A stretch of DNA of 64,000 nucleotides from a virus (IMGVR_UViG_3300030333_008334:48741-112740); one strand, 5' to 3'. Shown: positions 1 through 9,126, numbered from the stretch's first letter. A program made the numbers and translations. Notes: generated from the sequence alone by a model not told the origin.

Positions 1-210
1 TTTGATGTCAGACTGGTATGATACAATAAGGTTGTTTCCATCAATTCTGCATTTGAAACCATCAACTGTTCTAGAATCTAACACTGGATGGCCTTCCTCT
101 CTCTTGAGACCAATTTTAATTGGCTCGCCTTTGTCGTCTAATGCGCCATCATATGCATTAGCAGCTGCCTGGGCGATTCCTCTAACAATATCTAAAGTTA
201 CTTGTGACAT
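1..210 (-). CDS. Hypothetical protein, N-terminal 70 aa only (runs off the left edge); not in the ORF track
   Basis: ATG at 210 preceded by AGGAG; frame MSQVTLDIVRGIAQAAANAYDGALDDKGEPIKIGLKREEG... is open to position 1 and overlaps the stop of the upstream gene. Confidence 0.75.
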   Translation of the reverse strand, partial: MSQVTLDIVRGIAQAAANAYDGALDDKGEPIKIGLKREEGHPVLDSRTVDGFKCRIDGNNLIVSYQSDIK

Positions 211-590
211 TTATTTTCTCCTGGTCTCCAGCCGTTAAGCCATCTTTTTTCTCTGCCTTCGATATATTGTATGAAACATTTCTCACAACAATCATATTTT
301 AACATGTAAATATCATCCTGAATTGAAAAAGAATATTTCTCGCAAACTGGACAATTTCTATTTGAATCTCTATTAATTAGTTTTTTAGATACTAAAAAAC
401 CATCAATTTCAACCTTTTGTGTTTCTTCTTCATTTGAGCGTTTGGCTAAGTCAATTTTCTTTAACTGTTCTAGATACTCTTTTTCTTTCTCTTCGTCCCA
501 GTTTGATTTAGGATTTAAAATTGCTTCTTCACCATATTTTTGTTTAATGGCTTTTTCCAACTTAGCGATATATTCTAAGTCTTTCTTCAT
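198..590 (-). CDS. Hypothetical protein with C-terminal Zn-finger-like cysteines
   Basis: Probable start MKKDLEY at 590 (ATGA overlap with upstream stop); CPVC...CCEKC motif. Confidence 0.65.
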   Translation of the reverse strand: MKKDLEYIAKLEKAIKQKYGEEAILNPKSNWDEEKEKEYLEQLKKIDLAKRSNEEETQKVEIDGFLVSKKLINRDSNRNCPVCEKYSFSIQDDIYMLKYDCCEKCFIQYIEGREKRWLNGWRPGENKCHK

Positions 591-1051
591 TTCTGAACCT
601 CTACTGCCGCGTAGAAGACGCCTAAAGACAATAAAACGCCAGAGATTATCCCTAAAGAAACCCATAAAGCAGTATAATCATTTGAGTTTTCTGAAGCTAT
701 TTCTTGCAAGCGTTCAATTTCCTGGCTCTTAAGCATTAATATAGAATCAGTGCTTTCTTTTAAAGAATCATATTTTGCCTGTAATGTCGACAACTCTAAG
801 CTATGTTCTGCGTTAAGCTTCTTGGTTTCATAATCTAGTTTAAGCTGACTTTCCATTAAGGAATATTTTTTGTCTGTATTAATTTTTGCTGCGGCGACTG
901 GATCAAGCAAAATACCAGCATACGGTGCTTTTTGATTAATTGAAAGCGCTGTAATTTTTCCTTCCAAAGCGTCGGCTTCTTGTGCCTTTGCTTTAACCGG
1001 AGCGATTATAATACTAAGACTTATTAAAAGGCTCAATATGCATTTGAACAT
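587..1051 (-). CDS. Membrane protein: signal peptide + coiled coil + C-terminal TM helix (possible spanin-like lysis protein)
   Basis: Start MFKCIL at 1051 after GGAG; hydrophobic N-terminus ending AKA; heptad-rich middle; LWVSLGIISGVLLSLGVFYAAV at the C-terminus. Confidence 0.5.
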   Translation of the reverse strand: MFKCILSLLISLSIIIAPVKAKAQEADALEGKITALSINQKAPYAGILLDPVAAAKINTDKKYSLMESQLKLDYETKKLNAEHSLELSTLQAKYDSLKESTDSILMLKSQEIERLQEIASENSNDYTALWVSLGIISGVLLSLGVFYAAVEVQK

Positions 1052-1052
1052 T

Positions 1053-1430
1053 TTAGACTCCAAATAGTTTTTTCATTTCTTCTGCTATGGCATCCGGATT
1101 TTCATTGTGGTTTTTAACCAAATTTTCAATCTCTCTGCGTTTCTTTTTTGAAAGTTCGCTTACTTTAATGTTATGTTCTTTTTCAAGATTTTTTAAAGTT
1201 TCTTGGTAGATCATTACTATTTCTTCTCTTTTTGCTAACTCTTTTTCATGCGCTAGCTTTACTGTTTCTAATTCTTTTCTGTAACTTTCTTTTGCTATAT
1301 CAAGTACTTTCAAAGCATTCGCATTTGATTTTCGAAACACTAGCCATAGGACAATAGTATAAACCAACACTGCTGGTATATACCAATAGTGCTTTATCCA
1401 AGTCCAAATTTTTTTGATATTAAAAATCAT
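1053..1430 (-). CDS. N-terminal TM + coiled-coil protein (i-spanin-like)
   Basis: WYIPAVLVYTIVLWLVF followed by an E/K-rich coiled coil; adjacent to a holin-like gene. Confidence 0.45.
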   Translation of the reverse strand: MIFNIKKIWTWIKHYWYIPAVLVYTIVLWLVFRKSNANALKVLDIAKESYRKELETVKLAHEKELAKREEIVMIYQETLKNLEKEHNIKVSELSKKKRREIENLVKNHNENPDAIAEEMKKLFGV

Positions 1431-1810
1431 TGTTTAATATAATTGATCCAATTCCACATCTTTCTCGTGTTTAAGTAATCTGATTTTTGATCGTTATCAT
1501 ATGCTTCTTTCTCAAAAGGATTGAGATAATATGCTTTCTTTGCATCGCGATGTTTAATCAACCCAATCAACCAAAATATTCCATACATAAGCCACTGACC
1601 AATAAAAAGCATTTCTAATTGCTGGTGGTAATGTATCGTTTCATGTCTTCGCGTTGTATCATTCAACTTGCCCCTGCAAAATACAAAGCAAGCAAAACTT
1701 AAAGCATAAATTTCTATTGGATTGATCTTCGATAACCAAACAGGAATTTTACTATCTTCAAAAACTATTGGTCTTTTAGAAGAAATACATTTTCTAATTT
1801 TTTCAACCAT
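1427..1810 (-). CDS. Small HExxH zinc-metallopeptidase-like protein
   Basis: RHETIHYHQQ motif and downstream NPFEKEAY (candidate third ligand Glu); hydrophobic helix between them. Confidence 0.55.
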   Translation of the reverse strand: MVEKIRKCISSKRPIVFEDSKIPVWLSKINPIEIYALSFACFVFCRGKLNDTTRRHETIHYHQQLEMLFIGQWLMYGIFWLIGLIKHRDAKKAYYLNPFEKEAYDNDQKSDYLNTRKMWNWINYIKQ

Positions 1811-1985
1811 GCTTCCAAGTCTTAGCTAAATCAACGGCCGCTTGAGAGCCAATGTATACTAAAGTTACAGCTACCCAATCTTCGCTATGCAAAGCACCTT
1901 GTAATGCCAAAGCTGTTGCAGTACCCCAAGCCAGAAGCTTTCTGCTCATTATTTTTCCAAGTAATCCATCAACAAGTTCTTTCAT
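1803..1985 (-). CDS. Holin-like small membrane protein (2 TM)
   Basis: 60 aa, SRKLL followed by two hydrophobic segments and a YIGSQAAVD end; AGGAG RBS. Confidence 0.5.
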   Translation of the reverse strand: MKELVDGLLGKIMSRKLLAWGTATALALQGALHSEDWVAVTLVYIGSQAAVDLAKTWKHG

Positions 1986-2006
1986 GATTTTTCTCCTGTG
2001 TTTTGT

Positions 2007-5000
2007 TTAGTGATTTACGTTTGCAAATCCTTCTTTCTTATCTATAATTATCTGAGTGTCAACAATATCTTTCAAACTATCTAGATGTGAAATAAGTAGT
2101 ACTGTCTTGAACTGATTTTTAATCATATCTAATATTCGAATAAATCCTTCCATATTTTCTTCATCCAAAGCTGTTCCAGGCTCATCTAAGATAAATACGT
2201 CTCCCTTTGGCAAAGTAGAAATATTCAACAAAGCCAAGCGTATAGCCATTGATGCTATCGTCTTCTCTGCGCCTGAACCCATTTCAATGGGCCTAGGATC
2301 ATAACCTGGATGTTTAATTAGGATATCAAGTTTTGTATCTTCATTTAAGAACATAATCTCAAAATCAACAATATTCGTAAGAATTTTTGATACTTCTGAA
2401 TTGATTAAAGGAAGACGTTTTTTGATAATGTCAAACGCAATTCCATTTGCATGCATGCAACGCATAAATAAATCATAAGCAGAATATTGTTCCTGCATAT
2501 CTTTATACTCTTCATGCTCTTGTTCTATTTTATGAAGCTGCTGTTCACACGAGCCGTTGATTTTATACAGATCTAATATGTCTTTTTGACACATCTCATA
2601 TGACTCTTTCTTGAGTGCGATCATTTCTTCTAGCTCTTTCTTTCTTTCAAGAAGGCTTTCTAGATTTTCAATCGCCTCTTTGTTCTCGTCATATTCTTTC
2701 TTTTTACTCTCTAAGTTATTAATAACATTATTGCATTTAAGCATTTTTGTTTTGTTTTTCTCAATGTTTAACTCCAAAGCACTAATTTCATTTTGCGTTG
2801 CTGACTTCTTTTCGACAACTTGTTCATATTTTAAAATATAATCATTTGTCTTGTTCGGTTCCATAGAAGTAATGGAAGTCTGCTTTTCTTTCTTTGAAGC
2901 AGATAGCTTTTCAACAGTCACAAGAGTGCCAGTAATTTTTTCTTTTGCTAAATATGCATCTTTAATAAACTTACAATGTGAATACTCTGATCCACATGGT
3001 ACTTCATTTAAGAGTTGTATTTTCTTCTTTTGTCTTTCTAGTTGTCCTTCGTGCTTGTTTATTTCTTTTTCGATCTTATCGAGTTTGTCATAATTTTCCT
3101 CAATAAGTCTCTGTTTTTCTTCGAGCGAAGACACATCAAAAGTTTCCAAGAAGTTCGCAAGCTTGCTAAGCATTGTTTTGCTTTCGTGCAAATCTTTGTT
3201 TGATGACTCATTTTGTTTTTTAAATGTTGCCAACATCTCCCTTTGATCAATAAGTTCTTTCTTTACCTCGTGAATATTGATTATCTCTGTCGGCAAAGAA
3301 CGAACTTTGGCATCAATGCCAGAAAATTCACTTAACATGTCTTGCGTGTTTTTCTGAATGTTTTGACATTCTCTTTGTTTAATTAATATCGAAGTGTCAT
3401 TTCTGGCAAATTCTGTTCTAGCTTTTTTTATTTCATTTTCAAATTCTCTATCTTCTGACCTTCGTAAAACGCCACGCATATCAGTTGCGTCTTCTTTAGC
3501 TTTGCGAAATTTATTTTCAAATATTTCCAAATCAAGAAACTTTGCAAGAATCTCTTTTCTCTTAGTAGAGCCTTCGTTGATATAGCTTAGAGATCCCAAC
3601 TGAGAGGCCATAGATGTCATCAAGAAATCATCAATAGTGCCAAATATTTTACGAATGTTTTTATCAGTATCTAGCCGACTGAGACCATTCAGTTCTTTCT
3701 CCTCGCCTGTTGCGTTGTCCAAAACTCTAAAATCGACATCTGTCTTGGCTTCTGTAGTTACTTTTCCTTTTAGCTTTTTTTGATATTTCTTACTTGTTCT
3801 TTCAATCATGTAAGTTCTAGTACCCACATCAATTTCTACATAGCCTCTGCAATCTTCTTTGTTCTGATTGATAATGTTGAGATTTTTACGATTATGCTTT
3901 GATGTGGTGTTGTACATTGTATACAGCAAACTGTCAATAATACTAGACTTTCCAGAAAAGTTTTTACCTAAGATGCCAACAATACCGTTCATGTTGGCAA
4001 AATTTATACTATTATTCTCCGCATAGTTAAATAAATTATCCCACTCTAAATGTTTAATTCTCCAATTGACATTGCGACTTACTTCTTCTTGCTCTTCAGC
4101 GATCGCTTTATACTTTCTATTAAGCTCATAAACTTTTTCTAGAGACGCACTGGATGCTTGAAAGTCTTTCAAGTACTCTTCAATTAATTCTTCTTGTATT
4201 CCAAGATCTCTTAAATCTTCCTGAACCAATCCATTTGTTAAATCCTCAACGTTTCCGCGCTCACCAGCAGATCTGTTGACATAAGTAATCGCCTCTGGTT
4301 TAAATCTTACCTTGCTAGCTTCCACAGCTTTTCGCACAACGCCTAAAGGAAGATTGTTTTCAGAAACCAATCGTAACCTTGCGCCTTTTTGCACAGCCGC
4401 GTTTTTTGGAATTCTGCCGGCAGGTGTAAGAACAATTGTCACAAACGGCTTGGGATTTTTAATTGCATAATGCTTGACAGTAAAGTTATCCTTGTCTTTG
4501 ATATCCCAAAGCAAATAACCTTTATCGTTTGTTTCTCCATGATTCTGTTGAATTGTCGAACCAGGATATCGAACCTTTCCTAATTTATCTAGCGCTTGGT
4601 TGGTTTTGTGAATATCACCAAGAAAGCCATAGTCAAAATCATTAAAGATGCTAAGATCATTTTCCCCCCTCTCCATTGTCCAGCCGGCGTCAGTTTGGCA
4701 ATTTGAAATAGATCCATGGTAGAGTGCGATACTTACACAATCTTTGTTGGAGGGCGGCTGCCAATTGTCCTCATCAAATACAGACAGCACATTCAAGGAG
4801 AAATTGTCCCTTAAAGGCACTTCGCCCGAATCACGTAGTAGGTATAGGTTTTCGTGCCCAAGTGCGTTTACGATAGGTGTAAGCGCATCTTGGCGGCTTG
4901 AATTACGCAAGTTGCCATCGTGGTTGCCCAAGATGACATAAGTTGGCGCAATATCTGCCAAATTACGAAAGAAATCAGAACACATTTGCACAAACTCAGG

Positions 5001-5159
5001 ACTAATTTGAGTCTTGGTATGTGCAATGTCTCCGCAATGAATTATATAGTCTGGCTTTTGCTTAGCCAATTTTTTATAGAGCCGCTCAAACACTACTCGA
5101 TACTCTTTATGATATTTGAGATTTCGAATATGCGTATCGGCTAAATGTGCAAATCGCAT
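2007..5159 (-). CDS. Fused Mre11/SbcD nuclease - Rad50/SbcC ATPase (gp47-gp46-like)
   Basis: Metallophosphoesterase motifs ADTH, GDIAH, GNHD, GDIH; Walker A GKNFSGKSS; long coiled coil; signature GSGAEK; Walker B ILDEP; ISH. Confidence 0.93.
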   Translation of the reverse strand: MRFAHLADTHIRNLKYHKEYRVVFERLYKKLAKQKPDYIIHCGDIAHTKTQISPEFVQMCSDFFRNLADIAPTYVILGNHDGNLRNSSRQDALTPIVNALGHENLYLLRDSGEVPLRDNFSLNVLSVFDEDNWQPPSNKDCVSIALYHGSISNCQTDAGWTMERGENDLSIFNDFDYGFLGDIHKTNQALDKLGKVRYPGSTIQQNHGETNDKGYLLWDIKDKDNFTVKHYAIKNPKPFVTIVLTPAGRIPKNAAVQKGARLRLVSENNLPLGVVRKAVEASKVRFKPEAITYVNRSAGERGNVEDLTNGLVQEDLRDLGIQEELIEEYLKDFQASSASLEKVYELNRKYKAIAEEQEEVSRNVNWRIKHLEWDNLFNYAENNSINFANMNGIVGILGKNFSGKSSIIDSLLYTMYNTTSKHNRKNLNIINQNKEDCRGYVEIDVGTRTYMIERTSKKYQKKLKGKVTTEAKTDVDFRVLDNATGEEKELNGLSRLDTDKNIRKIFGTIDDFLMTSMASQLGSLSYINEGSTKRKEILAKFLDLEIFENKFRKAKEDATDMRGVLRRSEDREFENEIKKARTEFARNDTSILIKQRECQNIQKNTQDMLSEFSGIDAKVRSLPTEIINIHEVKKELIDQREMLATFKKQNESSNKDLHESKTMLSKLANFLETFDVSSLEEKQRLIEENYDKLDKIEKEINKHEGQLERQKKKIQLLNEVPCGSEYSHCKFIKDAYLAKEKITGTLVTVEKLSASKKEKQTSITSMEPNKTNDYILKYEQVVEKKSATQNEISALELNIEKNKTKMLKCNNVINNLESKKKEYDENKEAIENLESLLERKKELEEMIALKKESYEMCQKDILDLYKINGSCEQQLHKIEQEHEEYKDMQEQYSAYDLFMRCMHANGIAFDIIKKRLPLINSEVSKILTNIVDFEIMFLNEDTKLDILIKHPGYDPRPIEMGSGAEKTIASMAIRLALLNISTLPKGDVFILDEPGTALDEENMEGFIRILDMIKNQFKTVLLISHLDSLKDIVDTQIIIDKKEGFANVNH

Positions 5160-5181
5160 TTAGATCCTATTGTGTAGTATT

Positions 5182-5209
5182 ATTATAACTTCCGCAACTT
5201 AAAAGTCAA
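5182..5209 (-). promoter_or_regulatory. Sigma70-like promoter for the Mre11-Rad50 gene
   Basis: Minus strand TTGACT-N16-TATAAT in the intergenic gap, 22 nt upstream of the ATG at 5159. Confidence 0.75.
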
Positions 5210-5211
5210 GT

Positions 5212-5727
5212 TTAAAATTTCTTTTGACGCGCTTTTTTAGTTGCTGGGCCATCTTTCTCTTCGTAGTAAACTCTTGTTTTCATTAGTCTATCAACCCAAT
5301 CGGTTGTGACTCCCCAATTAGCGTCTTGAGTTTTTCCCATGTGGTGATCATAGTGCCATCTTAAAAAGATCTTTCCCCATATCGGCTGTAAATGTGCATA
5401 TTTGTGAATTCTGTAATACCTGATTGCGCAAAAAATCAAAGTAAGGAAAAACAAAGGAGCATAGTAAGCTAGCGGAAAATGAGCAGCCACTAATAAAAAT
5501 AAGCCAAGCTTTTCTCTAAGAGGCGGGCCTTGCATTCCATCTAAATAATCGTCATCTCTATTCTTATTTTTTCGGCAGCTTTTGTGGTGGGCATGCCAAT
5601 GAAAAGACCAAAAGCTTCCTTTCTTCTTGCCCAAACCATGCAAAATATATTTATGAATAGCCCACTCTGATATCTGAGAATATATAATCGCTAGAGGTAT
5701 AGACAATATATGAAGCAGGTAGATCAT
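5212..5727 (-). CDS. Fatty acid hydroxylase / sterol desaturase superfamily membrane di-iron enzyme
   Basis: His boxes HKYILH, HWHAHH, HKYAH, HYDHH, terminal NWGVT..WVDRL, and TM segments. Confidence 0.85.
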   Translation of the reverse strand: MIYLLHILSIPLAIIYSQISEWAIHKYILHGLGKKKGSFWSFHWHAHHKSCRKNKNRDDDYLDGMQGPPLREKLGLFLLVAAHFPLAYYAPLFFLTLIFCAIRYYRIHKYAHLQPIWGKIFLRWHYDHHMGKTQDANWGVTTDWVDRLMKTRVYYEEKDGPATKKARQKKF

Positions 5728-6296
5728 TTTAACTCTTCTGGCACCTCTATAGGATCTATGTCGCTAAGTCGATAGCCAACTGACATGCTGCCCCAACGTG
5801 CAGCTGCAACTTCTTGTACAAACTGGGCTAATCTCATGACTTTATCATAAACTTCTGGTGCATATATTTCTGCACTTTCTGGCATTCTATTCAAAATATA
5901 TTTGGCCAAGCTCATAACATCTTCCCACAAACCCTCTGCGTATCGATACTCGACTTCTGTTAATTCTAGTTTAGGATGTTCTTCAATTTTACTAGCCAAG
6001 CTTCTAATCATAGCAAAGAAACCTCTATCTTGCTGATATCTTTTTGAAGAATTATGCAAGGTGCTCAACTCTTCAAAGATGATGTTCAAAGCTTTGTTGA
6101 CCGCTGGCCAATGAGGAATATTGTCACCTTCTGTAGAAGTTTTTGAAGAAGCTATTCCTTTGCCAAAGCGAAGATCTTGAGGTTGCGATAACGCTGTGCT
6201 ATAATCAACAGCCTTTGATAGATAGCCATCAGCTTCTAAAATTGATTGAGCCTCTTCGTGTATGATCTGTCTTAGTTGTAATTCTGTAATTTTCAT
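5724..6296 (-). CDS. Hypothetical protein, possible internal head protein
   Basis: 190 aa ORF; N-terminal MKITELQLRQIIHEE...ILE resembles a cleavable leader with (I/L)xE sites. Confidence 0.5.
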   Translation of the reverse strand: MKITELQLRQIIHEEAQSILEADGYLSKAVDYSTALSQPQDLRFGKGIASSKTSTEGDNIPHWPAVNKALNIIFEELSTLHNSSKRYQQDRGFFAMIRSLASKIEEHPKLELTEVEYRYAEGLWEDVMSLAKYILNRMPESAEIYAPEVYDKVMRLAQFVQEVAAARWGSMSVGYRLSDIDPIEVPEELK

Positions 6297-6310
6297 GTAT
6301 AGACGGAATG

Positions 6311-6334
6311 AAAAACGCCGACCTCGATCGACGC
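6311..6334 (-). terminator. Hairpin followed by U-tract (possible intrinsic terminator after primase)
   Basis: Minus strand GCGTCGAT-CGAG-GTCGGCGT then TTTTCATT; stem contains several G-U pairs. Confidence 0.45.
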
Positions 6335-6375
6335 AAAAAAATCATCACCCCCTTTGTTTTTTATTAGGCAAGAGA

Positions 6376-7314
6376 CTAAATTTTCATAATCTCTTTCAAT
6401 AAATAGTTGTCTTTGTTCATAAATTCTGCTTTCTTTTTTCTTTTCGTATATTCATCTTTAGACATCTCACCAACGTCTTCGAAAGGATATATATCGACTT
6501 TGTAGACTTCTATTCCGTAATCTAATAATTTGTTGATCAAACGCATCGCTTTTTTTTCTGCGTCAGGATCAAGAGCGATATAGACAGGGGTATCGTTGTT
6601 GACAATCTCCTGAAATAATTTAGAGTCCTCTCGAAGGGTTGAGCCTAAGAGAGGGACTGCATTTGGGCCTGCAACAATTGCATCAAAAGTACCTTCTACA
6701 ATTGACAGATCCTCATCAAAATTTAAAAATAGATGATTGAAAATAATATCTCTACTTATAGGAGGGTTAGAATACTTTCTCCAATCATCTGTGTATGTTC
6801 TGGCTGTGAAAAAATTACAATATCCAGCCAAGTTAAAAGAGGGAATTATAATTCTTCCTGCATAAACCCCTGTCTTGCAGTAGCCTATCTTCCATCTTAT
6901 TATATCTTGTTTTGTTATCCCTCTAGACTTTAGGTAATTTCTAGCATAAAGAGAATCGTATGTTAAATTATTATTTGCCAAAGACGCATATTCATTTGGC
7001 AAATCAATTCTTTGCTCTTGTTTGACAAGCTCTCTGAAAAATAAAGCTTCTTCAAATGAAGCTATGTCGACATGCTCAGTTAATTTATCCCAAGAGGATC
7101 TTTGCTTAAAGTCGCCTTTGTTTCTGACGAGTCGCCTTAATGACCTGCCGGTATAATCGCACACCCAGCATTTGAATACATCCTTCTCAATATTAACAGA
7201 AAGCTTTTTTTTATGATGTTCACATTTTGGACAAAAAAACAAATATTCTTGTTTTACCTTATAACAAGAACCTAAAATTTCTTTTAGTATTGAGAGTTTT
7301 TTTGCTTCAGACAT
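6376..7314 (-). CDS. dnaG: DNA primase (Zn-binding + Toprim)
   Basis: CPKC..H...CWVC zinc motif; YLKSRGI; GRIIIP; IVEGTFDAI and ALDPD Toprim motifs. Confidence 0.88.
   Translation of the reverse strand: MSEAKKLSILKEILGSCYKVKQEYLFFCPKCEHHKKKLSVNIEKDVFKCWVCDYTGRSLRRLVRNKGDFKQRSSWDKLTEHVDIASFEEALFFRELVKQEQRIDLPNEYASLANNNLTYDSLYARNYLKSRGITKQDIIRWKIGYCKTGVYAGRIIIPSFNLAGYCNFFTARTYTDDWRKYSNPPISRDIIFNHLFLNFDEDLSIVEGTFDAIVAGPNAVPLLGSTLREDSKLFQEIVNNDTPVYIALDPDAEKKAMRLINKLLDYGIEVYKVDIYPFEDVGEMSKDEYTKRKKKAEFMNKDNYLLKEIMKI
6399..6407 (-). promoter_or_regulatory. Candidate late-promoter motif ACTATTTAT
   Basis: Same 9-mer occurs in the intergenic gap at 11279-11287; here ~100 nt upstream of the 5724-6296 gene. 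Confidence 0.35.
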
Positions 7315-7823
7315 TCACACCCTGCTTTTGCAATAACCCAACTGTCAGCTTTATCATAACATCCGGGTTTTGGATTACCTTGCTTAGTATAATCAATAAG
7401 AACGCCTGGCACATTGTCAATAATATATTTTATAACTACTTGTTTTGCTTTGGTTCCTTTAGGCACAACAATTCCACATTTCTTTCTTGCAGAAGTTGCT
7501 GCGATATATTCTGGTTCTAATTCAAATATTGAATAACATAGCCACGAAACAATACCATTAAAGCGCGAAAGTGTAGAAAGTGTCTTCGCTGATGAGAAAC
7601 CACTTCGAAAACTCTGCAGTGATTGTTCTATAAAAACTGCTTCCAGATGAAACATATCGTCTAATTCTAGTATCTTATCTTTGACGAATTTTGCTTTATC
7701 AAAAATAGAAGGAAACTTATTTTTATTTCTTAAATCCCATGCTTCGTTGTAAATGATATTTTCATGCTTATCTAAAACAGTTGCGCCAGTTATGCTGGTG
7801 CTAATATCTAAACCTAAAATCAT
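7284..7823 (-). CDS. ruvC: RuvC-like Holliday junction resolvase
   Basis: MILGLDIS...TG N-terminal strand, VFIE, and C-terminal DKADS acidic motif of the RNase H-like RuvC fold. Confidence 0.8.
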   Translation of the reverse strand: MILGLDISTSITGATVLDKHENIIYNEAWDLRNKNKFPSIFDKAKFVKDKILELDDMFHLEAVFIEQSLQSFRSGFSSAKTLSTLSRFNGIVSWLCYSIFELEPEYIAATSARKKCGIVVPKGTKAKQVVIKYIIDNVPGVLIDYTKQGNPKPGCYDKADSWVIAKAGCECLKQKNSQY

Positions 7824-7921
7824 AGAGAAATCAAATAAATTCCAACAACCAACAAGACCGGAATGCCTATCGTTATCCCAGCATGTGCCATAAAAAGCAA
7901 TATTTCTTCTTTGCTCTTCAT
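7820..7921 (-). CDS. 33 aa single-TM small protein (below ORF-track cutoff)
   Basis: GGAGG RBS, MKSKEEILLFMAHAGITIGIPVLLVVGIYLISL*, stop overlaps the resolvase start (ATGA). Confidence 0.7.
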   Translation of the reverse strand: MKSKEEILLFMAHAGITIGIPVLLVVGIYLISL

Positions 7922-7944
7922 CTTTAACCTCCAGAAAAACTATA

Positions 7945-9126
7945 TCATATATCTAGCTTAAGTTTAAAGGTAAATTCATCAGCTTCGCGCTTTCTAACAG
8001 GCGTTGCAAGCTTTGCGATCGCGATTAAATTCTTATTATCATCGTATATGCCAATTCTAGAAATGTAGGTTTGCTTTTCAAAACTAGCCGAATGGTTGTC
8101 ATAATTATTCTTTACTGTATTTTTAATCTGCAAGTCTTTGTTTTCGATGTAAGTGTCAGTTGGATCTTCGCCCCATGAATAAGCCAGCGTTGCTGAGCCG
8201 CTATAGCTGTTTTGTATTTGCTGATTGTGTTTAATAAAAGTAGGATTGTTTGAATGATTCAGTTCTCCTTTTCTAGCATGTGTCAGCATTGTGATTGTCG
8301 GAGTATAAGTTGTTCCTTCAAACATCATATCAAAACTAGAAGAAATAAGATGATTGTTTTGTGAGCCAGTTGAAAAATAATGCAACCAACTAGCGGCCAT
8401 GGCCGAGCTGTCGCCTTCATAAAAATCAGTGGATCCGTTTCCTATATCTCCGCTAGATGTTAGAATCATGAAACCCTCATCGTACAAAGCAATACCGGCT
8501 ACTTTTCCTAATTGTGCAGAATTATAAGTTTCTACTAGTTCTCCATTCTTTCTAGAATCTTCAAGTCTCGCTACCAAAGTACCGGTAATATAATAGTTTA
8601 ATTGTATACTTCCTTTGCGTATGCTAGATCCATAAAATATAGAAGGTATGCTTATTAGATTCAACTCAGCGCTAGAGAAATTACGTTTTAACAGCGATGA
8701 AGAAAATGCACAGTGAGGGCTGTATCTTCTGTGAAAATCGATTGTAGACTTAAGAGCTTTGACTCTACGACGAGGTGAGTCGGCAGTTTCATACTTCCTG
8801 TGTATAGAAGCGCTAAGTGGATATGATCCAGACAGCACATCGCCATAATTAAAATCTGTATTAACGCTAGTAGCTGATACTGTTTTAAAGCTAGTGAGAC
8901 TTCCCTCTTTTGTGATGAAAGGATACACCAAGCCATGTGCATTGGCATCACGATTTACGTTCATCTCATAAAGATTTATGTGCCCATTTGGCGTATTAGA
9001 ATTCTGCTTGTTTTGATGAATGTCGTTATAGTATACGTTATGATTAAAAAGGGTAAACTTTACTTTAGGATAAGCCTTAAGCTGGTTGTAGAAAATATCA
9101 TTTTTTCCAAATTTGTAATACGGCAT
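7945..9126 (-). CDS. Virion structural (baseplate/tail-associated) protein, paralog of 9142-10254
   Basis: C-terminal YISRIGIYDDNKNLIAIAKLATP...FKLKLDI shared with the neighbouring gene. Confidence 0.6.
   Translation of the reverse strand: MPYYKFGKNDIFYNQLKAYPKVKFTLFNHNVYYNDIHQNKQNSNTPNGHINLYEMNVNRDANAHGLVYPFITKEGSLTSFKTVSATSVNTDFNYGDVLSGSYPLSASIHRKYETADSPRRRVKALKSTIDFHRRYSPHCAFSSSLLKRNFSSAELNLISIPSIFYGSSIRKGSIQLNYYITGTLVARLEDSRKNGELVETYNSAQLGKVAGIALYDEGFMILTSSGDIGNGSTDFYEGDSSAMAASWLHYFSTGSQNNHLISSSFDMMFEGTTYTPTITMLTHARKGELNHSNNPTFIKHNQQIQNSYSGSATLAYSWGEDPTDTYIENKDLQIKNTVKNNYDNHSASFEKQTYISRIGIYDDNKNLIAIAKLATPVRKREADEFTFKLKLDI

Noticed and set aside
6229-6345. 38-codon minus-strand ORF starting within the SD-like AAGGGGGTGATG
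   Set aside because: ATG has no spacing from the SD-like sequence, the frame overlaps the 190 aa gene out of frame, and the peptide has no protein-like features
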